A stretch of 40,531 nt of DNA from Candidatus Helarchaeota archaeon (GCA_019058315.1 JAHPZH010000010.1:1-40531), one strand, 5' to 3'; counted from the stretch's first letter, positions 18,727 to 29,247 are shown. Numbers and translations: made by a program. Notes: generated from the letters alone by a model not told the origin.

Positions 18727-20187
18727 ATGGAGCAAAATAAGTTGACAGAGGCTATACTCAATCAAATAAAGATAGAATTACAAAATAAGATTGGAGTGGA
18801 AAAAGTCTTAGATAATAAGGAAATTTTAGAGCATTTTTCATCTGATGAAAGCATTGAAGAAAAAAAATCACCAGATCTTGTTGTTACACCAACAACTCTT
18901 CAGGAAATTCAAGAGATTTTAAAAATTGGTAATAAATATAAAATCAACTTAATTCCATCGAGTTCCACTGAAAAATATTATGGAGCAACAATACCAAAGG
19001 ATGGAGGAATTATAGTTGATTTAAGAAAAATGAATAAGATTTTAGATATAGATTTTGAAGAGAGATATTGTAGAATCGAGGCGGGGGTGACTTTTGAACA
19101 ATTGCAGACTGAATTAAAAAAACATAGTCTAAGAATTATGGTTCCTCTAGGATTGCCAAGCTCCGCTTCGGTTGTTTCAACATACGTTGAACGCGTTCCT
19201 TTACTTACTGGTCCAAAAGTATTATTATCTGAAGGTTGGCAATGCACGTTAAATATGCAAATTGTCATTCCAAATGGTATGATCGTTAATACTGGTTCTG
19301 CTTCATGGTGTAAAGATAGACCATCTTTTCTACCATCAGGTCCTCTTAGTGGACTAGATTTATCACGATTATTTTCAGGGGGCCAAGGAACTCTTGGTAT
19401 AGTCACTGATCTAGTTATAAAGGCGAAATATCTTCCAAATCTAAAAAAGATTATTTTTATTCCTTATGAAAAAATTGAAGATATTTTGGATATTATTTAT
19501 AAAATTCAATTTTTCGATAAAGGTCGTGAATTTTTAGGTATTTCTCAAAAAAATCTCGCCATGTTATTAGGTAATGGTCAAGAAAATATTGAAAAACTTC
19601 GCAAACAATTACCTCCCTGGTTAATTGTAATGAGTATTGAAGCTGATTCTGAAGAAAAATATCAAATTGATTTAGAAGATTTGAAAGATATTGGAGCGCA
19701 ATTTCAAACAGAATTTAAGATTAATGGAAACGATCTAACTGAAATTTTTCTGAAAGAATTTGAGGTTCCCGATAAATTAAATAATTTTAGAAAATATAAA
19801 GGAACTTGCCTACATATTCCTTTTTACATTAACTTAGATAAAATTAAGAATTTAAATGACTTATCAGAAAAAATTTTGAAAAAATATGGATATCCAATCG
19901 AAGATCTTTATGGTTATTTAATGCCCATAGAACAAGCTCATACTTGTTATTATGATTTTAATATTCATTATAATCGTGATGATAGTTCAGAATCAGAACA
20001 AATGAGAAAATTATTTCTAGAATTGAGCGAGATGGTTATTGAAAATGGAGGAGTTATTGATAGACCATACGGAACTTGGGCAAAAATGATTTTTTCAAGG
20101 AATAAAGCATATTATGATTTCTTAAGACAAATAAAAAAAATAATTGACCCAAACGATATAATGAATCCAAGTCAATTAAGAATATAG
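18727..20187 (+). CDS. FAD-binding oxidoreductase, VAO/PCMH (GlcD/D-lactate dehydrogenase-like) family
   Basis: PDLVVTP, GGIIVDLRKMNKI, IEAGVT, GGQGTLGIVT and DPNDIMNP. Confidence 0.9.
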   Translation: MEQNKLTEAILNQIKIELQNKIGVEKVLDNKEILEHFSSDESIEEKKSPDLVVTPTTLQEIQEILKIGNKYKINLIPSSSTEKYYGATIPKDGGIIVDLRKMNKILDIDFEERYCRIEAGVTFEQLQTELKKHSLRIMVPLGLPSSASVVSTYVERVPLLTGPKVLLSEGWQCTLNMQIVIPNGMIVNTGSASWCKDRPSFLPSGPLSGLDLSRLFSGGQGTLGIVTDLVIKAKYLPNLKKIIFIPYEKIEDILDIIYKIQFFDKGREFLGISQKNLAMLLGNGQENIEKLRKQLPPWLIVMSIEADSEEKYQIDLEDLKDIGAQFQTEFKINGNDLTEIFLKEFEVPDKLNNFRKYKGTCLHIPFYINLDKIKNLNDLSEKILKKYGYPIEDLYGYLMPIEQAHTCYYDFNIHYNRDDSSESEQMRKLFLELSEMVIENGGVIDRPYGTWAKMIFSRNKAYYDFLRQIKKIIDPNDIMNPSQLRI

Positions 20188-20209
20188 CGATAGATAGGAG
20201 AGGTTCTAT

Positions 20210-21397
20210 TTGGTTAACAAAGCTATGAAAAAATTAAAAGAAAAATATAGATGGGATATTTATCAATGCAGTTTAAAATGTTATAATTGTCAATATGTAA
20301 ACCCACACTCACTTTTTAATCAAGAACATTATGAAAATTGTCCTGCAGGCAAAAAATTCGTGTTTGATTCATATTTTGCAGGGGGAAGGATGGAGATTGC
20401 TCGGGGTTTATTAGATAAATCTTTGAAAATACCATCCAAAAAATTATTAGAAATAGTTTATTCTTGCACTGCATGTGGTAATTGCCAAGATCGCTGCTAT
20501 TACAATCGCGATATGAGACCTTTAGAAGTTTTTGAAGTAATTAGAGAATATTTAGTTGAGCAAGAAATCGGACCAATGCCTGAACACGTAGCATTTATCA
20601 ATAGCACTAAAAATAAACATAATCCCTACAATGAAGATCATGAAAAACGAGCAGATTGGCTCGATAATAAAAAATTATCAAAAGATTCGAAAATCCTTTA
20701 TTTTATTGGGTGTACTTCTTCCTATAGAACCCAGAATATCGCAAAAGCTACTGCCAAAATATTGGAAAAATTAAAAATCGACTTCAATATAGCAGGGGAT
20801 GAATGGTGTTGTGGGAGCCCCCTATTTAGAGTGGGCGCAGTTGATTTAGGAGAGGAAGTAATGCGCCACAATATTGAAGAGATTAAAAGACTAAAAATTG
20901 AAAAAGTCATTTTTTCTTGTGCGGGATGTTATAGAACATTTAAAGAAGATTACCCCGCACGAGGAATCGAACTAACTTTTAAAGTACAACATGTCTCCGA
21001 ATTCTTAGCGGAAATAATTAAAGAGAATAAAATTGAATTTAAGGATTTAGATTTATCTATTACATATCACGATCCTTGCCATCTTGGAAGGCATGCAGGT
21101 GTATATCAAGCACCTAGAGATGTTTTAAATTCCATTCCTAAATTAAAATTGGTTGAGATGTTCCGGAATAGATATAATGCTTGGTGTTGCGGCGCGGGGG
21201 GAGGTGTGAAATCAGCCTTTAAAGATTTCGCCGTGGAGACGGGAATTACGCGAATAGAAGAAGCGAAAAAAACCGGAACTAAAACCTTAATCTCAACTTG
21301 TCCATTTTGTCATTTAAATTTAAAAGACAGTGTAAAAGCAGCAAATGAAGATATTGATATTTTAGATCTTACTGAACTTTTATTAAAAGTGTTATAA
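20210..21397 (+). CDS. HdrD/GlpC/GlcF-type Fe-S oxidoreductase with two CCG domains
   Basis: CTACGNCQDRC ferredoxin motif, YFIGC, EWCCG, CAGC, YHDPCHLGR, WCCGAGGG and CPFC. Confidence 0.92.
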   Translation: MVNKAMKKLKEKYRWDIYQCSLKCYNCQYVNPHSLFNQEHYENCPAGKKFVFDSYFAGGRMEIARGLLDKSLKIPSKKLLEIVYSCTACGNCQDRCYYNRDMRPLEVFEVIREYLVEQEIGPMPEHVAFINSTKNKHNPYNEDHEKRADWLDNKKLSKDSKILYFIGCTSSYRTQNIAKATAKILEKLKIDFNIAGDEWCCGSPLFRVGAVDLGEEVMRHNIEEIKRLKIEKVIFSCAGCYRTFKEDYPARGIELTFKVQHVSEFLAEIIKENKIEFKDLDLSITYHDPCHLGRHAGVYQAPRDVLNSIPKLKLVEMFRNRYNAWCCGAGGGVKSAFKDFAVETGITRIEEAKKTGTKTLISTCPFCHLNLKDSVKAANEDIDILDLTELLLKVL

Positions 21398-21409
21398 AGA
21401 GGGATTTTC

Positions 21410-23626
21410 ATGTCTGTTCAAGTAAAAGAAGAAATATTAGAAAAATTGAGAAGTATTGTGAAAGAGAATCTTGCTTCTAATGATGATGCTGTCCGAATTG
21501 CATATTCTCGTGACCAAATGGTAACATCGGATGGACCAGACTATGTAGTCGCTCCAGAATCAACGGAACAAATTCAAGAAATAATGAGACTGGCAACAAA
21601 ATATAAAATTCCTGTTCTTCCTAAAGGAACTGGGGCAAATATGGGAGGTTTAGTCATACCATTAACAGGTGGTATTATATTAGATTTAAAACTGATGAAT
21701 ACTATTCATGAAATTGATGTTAAAAATATGACCGCAACGCTAGGACCGGGTGTTACTTATGGTCAACTTCAGATTGAAGCATATAATCGCGGATTATTTG
21801 TGGTAGTGCCTAGTGGACCACACACGGTCAGAGTTATTGCAAACGTATGTGGTACACGAGGTATTGGCCATTATGCTGGAAAATATGGACTTGGTGACAA
21901 CCAAATTATTGGAATGGAAATTGTATTACCGAATGGTAATTTATTAAAATTAGGTTCCTTTGCACATGGGAAGGGAGAATATTCCGCCAATGTTCCTCAT
22001 AGTCCTGGTCCTGACTTAATGGGGCTGTTTTTAGGTGGTTTTGGAACTGTAGGTGTAATTACAAAAATAAAAGTAAAATTATATCCAAAATATCCCCAAA
22101 GTGATCTTATTGCTATTGCAGGAGCGTTGGATCCATTATTCGATGAATCAATTTTCTTGGTAAAATTAGGATATTCTAATTTAATGCAAATCCGATGGCC
22201 GTATATCGCAATTCTTGCTGGTAGAAATCGAGAAGAATCTTTAAGATTATTGAAGCAACAATTAATAGAAGGCTTTTCATTAATTTTTATAGAGGGGACT
22301 AAACGAGAGTTTGATTATCATGTAAAAAGACTTAAAAAGATTTATAAAAAAAGAAAGGGTTTTACACCAATTCTTTATTCAGAAATGATGGACACTATGA
22401 GTAGAAGCCTTAGTGTTGACGGAGAATATACAGAAAATGATCAAGAATTTGGTTATATGCAAGAACGACGGAAATTTCACGATTTCATGTTTCAGTCAGT
22501 ACGAATTTTAAGATTACATGGTGGATTTGCTCCTCATTGCCCGTTTTTTTCATTGAAAGATGCAAAAGCAACATGGAATTATATGAAAAATTGGATAACT
22601 AAAATAGGTGGTCCAATTGAAGAAACATGTTGTTATTTCCAAGTAACTGATGATGGGCATACGATTCTACAAGAAATGGACTTAGAATTTAATCCCGACC
22701 CAAATAAAATGGGAGACAATATTAAATCTTTCATAGGGATCGGAAAGCCGATAGTTGACACGATGTTTGTAAAACGTAACGGAATTCAATATTATTTTTA
22801 CCCAATGGCGGGGTCAATGCTCGAGAATATCGGTCCGATCTTAATACCAGGTTTCTGGTATCTTTCAAAGAAATTTAAAACACTGATTGATCCTCTTTAT
22901 TTGATGAATAGGGGACGTGGAATTTACCCTGAAGGATTTGCGCAAGAGGATCTTCAAATACAAAGTTTTGGGTCAATGAGTGGGATGGATATGGGTTCAA
23001 TGTACTGGTTTCAGATCCTAGGTTCCGTTATCAATAATTTGCATCTTGATAAAAAGGAGAAATTGGTTAAATTAATTGAAGATTTAAAAAATAAAAAGAT
23101 TGGGGAAGAATATTTACAAGAAATTTTACAATCTGCATTAAATTCAGCAGTAAGTATTATCTTAAATGATAAGACACGAGCGACAGTTGATGAATCCTTA
23201 GGTGAATTCTTTAAGAGAAATTATATTGAATTAATAGGAGAAAAAGTCGTAATTAAATCAGATGTTCATAATTTGTGGATTATCGAATTTAATAGTTTAG
23301 AAAATTCTGAGCCCATCAGAGTCTATACTGTAGAAAAAAAAGAAGCTAGAGGAATTCCATACATATCAACAGATTTCGTATTTGCAAGAAAAGCGTTAAG
23401 TGGTGAGGAAGTTGACCCACTTCTATCAATGCTCAAGCCTGATGAGGGAAAGTTCGGCATTATGGAATCAATTATGAGATGGCTTAAAGGTACAATACTA
23501 AAAAGATTTTCAAATGTTGTAACGATTGGAGCGATAACATTACTTTATAGAGAAAATTTAATGGAGCAACTCAATACACGATTTAACAATAAAATTGACT
23601 CGATTTTAAGCAAGTTGAATTATTAA
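21410..23626 (+). CDS. FAD-binding oxidoreductase (VAO/PCMH family) with an extra C-terminal domain of about 230 aa, possibly SCP2-like
   Basis: PDYVVAP, PKGTGAN, GGIILDLKLMN, GFGTVGVIT and DPLYLMNRG at about residue 500, followed by a long extension. Confidence 0.85.
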   Translation: MSVQVKEEILEKLRSIVKENLASNDDAVRIAYSRDQMVTSDGPDYVVAPESTEQIQEIMRLATKYKIPVLPKGTGANMGGLVIPLTGGIILDLKLMNTIHEIDVKNMTATLGPGVTYGQLQIEAYNRGLFVVVPSGPHTVRVIANVCGTRGIGHYAGKYGLGDNQIIGMEIVLPNGNLLKLGSFAHGKGEYSANVPHSPGPDLMGLFLGGFGTVGVITKIKVKLYPKYPQSDLIAIAGALDPLFDESIFLVKLGYSNLMQIRWPYIAILAGRNREESLRLLKQQLIEGFSLIFIEGTKREFDYHVKRLKKIYKKRKGFTPILYSEMMDTMSRSLSVDGEYTENDQEFGYMQERRKFHDFMFQSVRILRLHGGFAPHCPFFSLKDAKATWNYMKNWITKIGGPIEETCCYFQVTDDGHTILQEMDLEFNPDPNKMGDNIKSFIGIGKPIVDTMFVKRNGIQYYFYPMAGSMLENIGPILIPGFWYLSKKFKTLIDPLYLMNRGRGIYPEGFAQEDLQIQSFGSMSGMDMGSMYWFQILGSVINNLHLDKKEKLVKLIEDLKNKKIGEEYLQEILQSALNSAVSIILNDKTRATVDESLGEFFKRNYIELIGEKVVIKSDVHNLWIIEFNSLENSEPIRVYTVEKKEARGIPYISTDFVFARKALSGEEVDPLLSMLKPDEGKFGIMESIMRWLKGTILKRFSNVVTIGAITLLYRENLMEQLNTRFNNKIDSILSKLNY

Positions 23627-23667
23627 GAAATTAAAAGAGCTTCATCATTTTATGAATGATATTTTAG

Positions 23668-25149
23668 ATGAAATTAATGAAAAAAATAATTATAGTGGGT
23701 TCTGGAGTCGGTGGTTCAGGTATAGGTGCTTTAATAGCAAAAGAGACACCTCATCAAGTTCATTGTTTTGAACAAAATAATTTTATAGGTGGTCGCTGTG
23801 GATCTTATGAAAAGAAGGATGAGAAAGGAAGAATTTGGAAATTAGATGTCGGCTGTCATGTATTTTCAACTAGTGATAAAGGACCTATTGGCGAAATTTT
23901 AGAACGTTGTGGAAAAAAAATAAAATGGAGTTACCTGGACCAATTGTTTCCTACCTTAAATTTTATGGGATTAGATTTTACATTCACACTTCAAGATAGA
24001 AAGAGAAAGAAAAAAGATTTTCAAGGTCTTTTAGAAGAATTTCCAGATCTAGACCCTTCAAAATATGATAGAATCACCTTGATGGATTTTCTTGATGATT
24101 ATTTTGGTCCAGATAAAAAGAATTTAGACAAAATTGGTTTTTCAATGGCTGCAGGAGTAATTTTTGGAACTGATCCTTATTCTACTAGTGCTGGTGAGTA
24201 CTTACGCAGTATGATAGAAAACGTGAAACATTTAAGCAACGGCTATCCGTATGGCGGTACTGGCGTAATTCCCAAGGCATTTTGTGATACAATAAAAGAG
24301 AATCGAGGAAAAATATTTCTGGACGGAAATGGACGCGTTAAAAGAATTGTGGTACAAGATAATAAAGTTGCTGGAATTGAGGCAGGACCTGATAATGAAT
24401 TTTATGAAGGAGAAATAGTAATTGCTAATTCAGACATTAAGTCAACTGTTTTTAAATTAGTTGGAGAGAAATATTTTCCAAAAGATTATTTACAATATAT
24501 TAGTGAGTTAAAATGGGGCGCACAAGTCTGCTCCTTAAAGATTGGAATAGATAAGGTGTTAATAAAAGAAAAAACATTAGTTTATGTTCCAAAAATGGAT
24601 CCTGATAAGGCAAAAGATGCATTTACAGATATTAAACAATCAATGAAAGATTTTTTAGAGAATTTAGAAATACCAGAATTCACTGTATTATTAATTGTTC
24701 CTGTATCTAATCATGACCCTACACTTGCACCCGAAGGTTGCCAAAACATACACACAGTTACAGCGACTGCAGTTGGAAAAATAAAAGAATGGACTAGGGA
24801 TGAGGATAAGAAGTGGGAAAAAACCTGCTTAGATACTTTAATTTCATTAAATCCAGAGATTGAAGATCATATCATTTTAAAAGATTTTATCTCTACAAGC
24901 GTTTTAGCAACCCGTTTCGGTAAGGAGGGAGTAGGAACTGGCACAGCCCAATCGACAGACCAAGTTGGTAAACTTAGACCAAAGATGTTATCACCAATAA
25001 AAGGTTTGTATTATTGTTCGTCTGATGTTGGTGGATGGGGTATTGGCACCGAATTGGCAGCAAGAGCTGCCCTTGAATTGTTCCAAATGTTCAAAAATAA
25101 TAATTTTTCAAATAATAAATTATTTAATAATTTTAAAGCAAATTTTTAG
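23668..25149 (+). CDS. Phytoene desaturase (CrtI)-like FAD-dependent oxidoreductase
   Basis: IVGSGVGG, EQNNFIGGRC, LDVGCH, YPYGG, DPTLAPEG and PIKGLY. Confidence 0.85.
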   Translation: MKLMKKIIIVGSGVGGSGIGALIAKETPHQVHCFEQNNFIGGRCGSYEKKDEKGRIWKLDVGCHVFSTSDKGPIGEILERCGKKIKWSYLDQLFPTLNFMGLDFTFTLQDRKRKKKDFQGLLEEFPDLDPSKYDRITLMDFLDDYFGPDKKNLDKIGFSMAAGVIFGTDPYSTSAGEYLRSMIENVKHLSNGYPYGGTGVIPKAFCDTIKENRGKIFLDGNGRVKRIVVQDNKVAGIEAGPDNEFYEGEIVIANSDIKSTVFKLVGEKYFPKDYLQYISELKWGAQVCSLKIGIDKVLIKEKTLVYVPKMDPDKAKDAFTDIKQSMKDFLENLEIPEFTVLLIVPVSNHDPTLAPEGCQNIHTVTATAVGKIKEWTRDEDKKWEKTCLDTLISLNPEIEDHIILKDFISTSVLATRFGKEGVGTGTAQSTDQVGKLRPKMLSPIKGLYYCSSDVGGWGIGTELAARAALELFQMFKNNNFSNNKLFNNFKANF

Positions 25150-25886
25150 TGAATAAACACAATTTTTTCATGACAAGGGATAATGTGAGAATATTGGAAA
25201 ATATAGAGAAAGAAATCAGCAAAATTTTGGATAGATACAACCAAAATGTCAGTGAAAATGACAGAAAACTTCAAATTACGAAATTAGGTAAAATACAAAA
25301 TCAAGCTGTAATTCCACACTTAGTAAATATATATAAAAAGGAAACAACTGACGCTTCGATGAGGAACGCTGCGATACTTGCTATATTAACAACTAAAATC
25401 TTTACTGATGAAACATTGGATGCTTTATTGGTAGGAATAGATGACAATTCGGAAGTTGTAAGAAGAGCTGTCGTGATGGGATTAGGTAAACATAAATCTC
25501 CAAAGGGACTTCCAGTTCTTTTAGACAAAGCAAAAAATGATCCATCAGATCTTGTCCGGGGGTCTTCCACTTGGGCACTTGGACAATTAGGAATGGAAGA
25601 AGGATTACCATTATTACTCGAAAGATGCAGTGATCCTCATTGGATCATTCGTAAAGCAGCAGTTGAGGGTTTAGGAAATTTTCCTTCGACATCAGAACGT
25701 GTTAATTTATTGATTAATTTAATGAAAAATGACGAAATTGAGGACATTCGGAAAGCCTCAATACGAGTATTAGGACAATTGAATGCCAAGGAAGCACTCC
25801 CAGATTTGAAAAATTTAATTGAAAAAGAAAAATCCACGCATATTCGAGTTGAAGCGAAAAAAGTTATAAAAATACTTGAAGATTAA
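25149..25886 (+). CDS. PBS-lyase-type HEAT repeat protein
   Basis: VVRRAVVMGLG, LVRGSSTWALG, IIRKAAVEGLG and IRKASIRVLG repeats. Likely start ATG about 25170. Confidence 0.88.
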   Translation: MNKHNFFMTRDNVRILENIEKEISKILDRYNQNVSENDRKLQITKLGKIQNQAVIPHLVNIYKKETTDASMRNAAILAILTTKIFTDETLDALLVGIDDNSEVVRRAVVMGLGKHKSPKGLPVLLDKAKNDPSDLVRGSSTWALGQLGMEEGLPLLLERCSDPHWIIRKAAVEGLGNFPSTSERVNLLINLMKNDEIEDIRKASIRVLGQLNAKEALPDLKNLIEKEKSTHIRVEAKKVIKILED

Positions 25887-27261
25887 AGGGATGTATGATG
25901 TCTTGACTGAAAATTCAAACGCTATCGTTGTAGGTGGAGGTATTGGTGGCTGTGCGATTGGCGCACTATTAGCACATAAAGGGTATAATGTCAAATTATT
26001 TGATAAGAATAAAACTATTGGTGGTCGATGTACTTCTTATACTCATAAAGGATTTACAATAGATTTAGGGGTTCATATTTTTGGTTCTAGTCAACATGGA
26101 TATCTAGGTGATGTTTGCCGAATGATTGGGATGCCTGATGCTATAAAATGGGTACTTTCTGAAAATCCAACACCAATAATGCGGGATCTTGGTGAAGAGA
26201 AAATTGCTTCACAAGAGTTAATCAAATTCTTCGAACATTGTCTAAATATGCCTGAAACCGAATATGAAAAGTTATATTACAAAAGTTTATCGACATTTGT
26301 CTGGAAATTTACGAAAGATCCAACATTACTTACATCCATATCGGGAATGTGTGGCATAATTTTTTGTATCCCACCATTTGAAGCATCTGCAGGTGAATTT
26401 ATTCGATGTTTTCAGCAGCTTGCCAAGACGAGTTCTAGTGGATACCCAATTGGTGGATGTATTGCCATTCCCCGAGCGTATACTAATGCGATGGAAAAAT
26501 TTGGTAGTAGTGTAGTATTAGATGCCCCAATAAAAAAGATTATTATCGAAAATAACCAAGCTAAGGGAGTCGAATTAAAAGATGGAACTCAATACTTTTC
26601 GGATTTAATTATAAGTAATGCTGATATACAAAATACAGTTTTAAATCTCGTAGGAGAAGACCATTTTCCTGAAGATTATGTAAAAAAAATCAAGAAATTA
26701 CGTTATTCTATGCATTGTATTACCATCAAGGTCGCATTAGATAAACCAGTTACGGATGAAAAGTTTATAATGTACTATCCCACTTCTTTTAAAAACATGA
26801 TGAAAGACCCAAGTGTATTTGTAGGTAGTAAAGACAAGCCTCCAGAAAAATTACCGGGTATGATAACAATACCGACTAATTTTGATCCAAATCTTGCTCC
26901 CAATGGTAAACAATTAATCTTTTTTGGTACTGCAAGTATACCAGGATTGTCTAATTACGATGCTTGGGGTGATGCCTGTTATAAATCTTTATGTGAATGC
27001 ATCCCTGAAATCGAAAATCACGTTATGTGGTACCGTACAGATAGCCCAGCGACGGTTGAAACATATGCAGGTGAAGGGGGATGTATTATCGGAGTTTCGC
27101 AAAATATATACCAAGTTCACGAACGCCGTCCTTCCCAAATAACACCAATAAATGGATTATACATAGTTGGAGCGGAGGCTGGGGGACATGGGATTGGTAC
27201 GGAATTAGCAGCAAATTCAGCAATAGAATTATTTGAAATTTTAAAAAAAGAACCTAAATAG
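25876..27261 (+). CDS. Phytoene desaturase (CrtI)-like FAD-dependent oxidoreductase, paralogue
   Basis: VVGGGIGG, IGGRC, IDLGVH, YPIGG, DPNLAPNG, TPINGLY and GIGTELAA shared with the 23668 gene. Confidence 0.85.
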   Translation: MKIKGMYDVLTENSNAIVVGGGIGGCAIGALLAHKGYNVKLFDKNKTIGGRCTSYTHKGFTIDLGVHIFGSSQHGYLGDVCRMIGMPDAIKWVLSENPTPIMRDLGEEKIASQELIKFFEHCLNMPETEYEKLYYKSLSTFVWKFTKDPTLLTSISGMCGIIFCIPPFEASAGEFIRCFQQLAKTSSSGYPIGGCIAIPRAYTNAMEKFGSSVVLDAPIKKIIIENNQAKGVELKDGTQYFSDLIISNADIQNTVLNLVGEDHFPEDYVKKIKKLRYSMHCITIKVALDKPVTDEKFIMYYPTSFKNMMKDPSVFVGSKDKPPEKLPGMITIPTNFDPNLAPNGKQLIFFGTASIPGLSNYDAWGDACYKSLCECIPEIENHVMWYRTDSPATVETYAGEGGCIIGVSQNIYQVHERRPSQITPINGLYIVGAEAGGHGIGTELAANSAIELFEILKKEPK

Positions 27262-27286
27262 ATTATTCTAACAAGGGATTTATAAC

Positions 27287-28294
27287 TTAATGTTGATTTC
27301 GTTTATTCTCCTTATAATAAGGAGAGTGTTTCCTTAAATACCATCTTGCTATGGGAGCAACAAGCCTAATAAAATTTCTTTTAAACCCAATTTTTTTTCT
27401 TATTTGATCAAGATAGTCGTCAAATGATGTATTTTGATATTTTAACAATCTTTGGGATTCCTCAGTATCCACCCAATCGGTATAAAACCACTCATCATCA
27501 TTTTTTGGTATCTTGAACGCCAGTTCATCTATCATCCCTATTCCAAGAGTGTCGAACAATCCCCCCATGAATTCTCTGTTAAGCATTTGACAATTCTTAC
27601 CACCACCTATTAATAACGTCTTATGAACCGCATCTGCAGTTACAGCATTTGCTAAAGCTGTTCCCACATCACGAGAAGAGGTAAATTCAATTCTTTGATC
27701 TAAAGGCATGTCAAACATCACTTTAGCAAGCTCCATGTCTAATGATAAGGAGTCTAAGACGGGAACAGAAGCATTAAGTCGAAAAATAATCCAAGGAAGT
27801 CCATCAGAAGTAGCGTCTCTAATCATTTTTTCACAAGCAACTTTTTGTCGAGTATAATTATCTGTTGGATTAAGAACTTCATCTGCTTTCCTAGGTGGTG
27901 CAGTGTGCATACGAGGACCATGAGTAGAGATGGAACTCGTGAAAATGAACCTCGGCTTTTTTTCTAATCCCATTATAGCGTCTAATAAATTTTTTGTTCC
28001 TCCGACATTAACTGCTTGAGATAGTTCGGGTTTTGTCTCGCTCATTGGAGGAATAATAGCTGCTAAATGTATGATACAATCGAAATCTTTCACGATTTCT
28101 TTAACTTTAATAGGATCAGTGATATCACCCCATACAACATCAAATTCTCCAAAATCCTTTGATAATTCTTTAGCTTTCTTTTCATTTCTCTCATTTTGAA
28201 TGTCAAAACAAGTTAAATCATATTTTTTTTCCAAGAGAGCAATTACTGTGTTTTCTCCGACGTTACCAAATGCACCCGTTAAAAGAACTTTCAT
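27287..28294 (-). CDS. Extended SDR, NAD-dependent epimerase/dehydratase (3-beta-HSD-like) family
   Basis: LLTGAFGNVG, IIHLAA, VNVGGT, FTSS and catalytic YTRQK. Confidence 0.88.
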   Translation of the reverse strand: MKVLLTGAFGNVGENTVIALLEKKYDLTCFDIQNERNEKKAKELSKDFGEFDVVWGDITDPIKVKEIVKDFDCIIHLAAIIPPMSETKPELSQAVNVGGTKNLLDAIMGLEKKPRFIFTSSISTHGPRMHTAPPRKADEVLNPTDNYTRQKVACEKMIRDATSDGLPWIIFRLNASVPVLDSLSLDMELAKVMFDMPLDQRIEFTSSRDVGTALANAVTADAVHKTLLIGGGKNCQMLNREFMGGLFDTLGIGMIDELAFKIPKNDDEWFYTDWVDTEESQRLLKYQNTSFDDYLDQIRKKIGFKRNFIRLVAPIARWYLRKHSPYYKENKRNQH

Positions 28295-28444
28295 AAATGT
28301 ACTTAACTCAGTTCTATTTATATTTCTTATGAAATTTGACTTTAAATTAAAATATACTTGCTATTTTTTTATGAAATATTTACTATTTGAACAAAAGAGA
28401 TGAAATCTTCAAAAATTTAGAAAAAATTGGACTCTTTTTATAGT

Positions 28445-29182
28445 TTATTTATATTCAGTTTCATCTAACATTAAATTGGGTTCCCTTAATACTTTTTGGA
28501 TTTTTTTCAATGTATATTTCCGAAATTCCTTGCTTGTGAAACTTTGATTTCCAAATTGCATAAATTCGTCTACATCCTGTATTTTATCATGGGGAGTTTC
28601 ATTATCTCGCATCACCTTTTCCACCATAGTCGCTCCTAATAATAGACTAAATAGAAAGAATGAGTTTAAAGCCGCATTTTTTTCTTTAATCTCTCCGTTA
28701 TCAATAGCTCTTTGAATTATTTGAGTAGTTCCATCTAGAAAGCTAAATTGTTTATAATCTTTTTCAAATAGCCCGACTTTTTCTGATGGAGGGGAACGGA
28801 TTATATGCATCATTCGAAAAGCAGCATAATCTTTTTCTGCAAATTCGAAGAAGTGTTCAAAAATCAATAATAATAAATCTACAATTGAACCACTGAAATC
28901 CTTAATGATTTTTAAGTTTTCGTCACGAAATTGTTTATAAAACTTATTCCTTATCGCAATCCATAGTTCTCGTTTACTTTCCACATAATTATAAAGATTA
29001 TTAGGATCCATTTTTAATCTTTTTGCTAATCTACGCATTGTAAAACCATCACGTCCATGTTCTTGAAACAATTGCTTCCCTACTTCCAAAATATTATCAA
29101 ATTGTTTTGCTTTATCCTCAGGTGATCTATGTCTTGTTTTTTTTCCTTTAGAAATAGTTTTTTTTTTAACCATCGATATCAA
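28445..29182 (-). CDS. TetR/AcrR family transcriptional regulator
   Basis: ILEVGKQLF.EHG.DGFTMRRLAKRLKM...NLYNYVESKREL HTH. Likely start at MVKKK. Confidence 0.92.
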   Translation of the reverse strand: MISMVKKKTISKGKKTRHRSPEDKAKQFDNILEVGKQLFQEHGRDGFTMRRLAKRLKMDPNNLYNYVESKRELWIAIRNKFYKQFRDENLKIIKDFSGSIVDLLLLIFEHFFEFAEKDYAAFRMMHIIRSPPSEKVGLFEKDYKQFSFLDGTTQIIQRAIDNGEIKEKNAALNSFFLFSLLLGATMVEKVMRDNETPHDKIQDVDEFMQFGNQSFTSKEFRKYTLKKIQKVLREPNLMLDETEYK

Positions 29183-29220
29183 AATCCAAAAATATCTTGA
29201 AATTTAATTAAATAATTTGT

Positions 29221-29247
29221 AATAAATCTACATAGTAGATTTAAATA
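29221..29247. promoter_or_regulatory. Palindromic operator, copy 1 (candidate TetR site)
   Basis: Perfect inverted repeat TAAATCTAC-ATA-GTAGATTTA (29223-29243) between the divergent TetR and FAD oxidoreductase genes. Confidence 0.75.

Noticed and set aside
23668-27261. Carotenoid biosynthesis cluster
   Set aside because: No phytoene synthase, cyclase or elongase is nearby, and the CrtI-like fold covers many other reactions.
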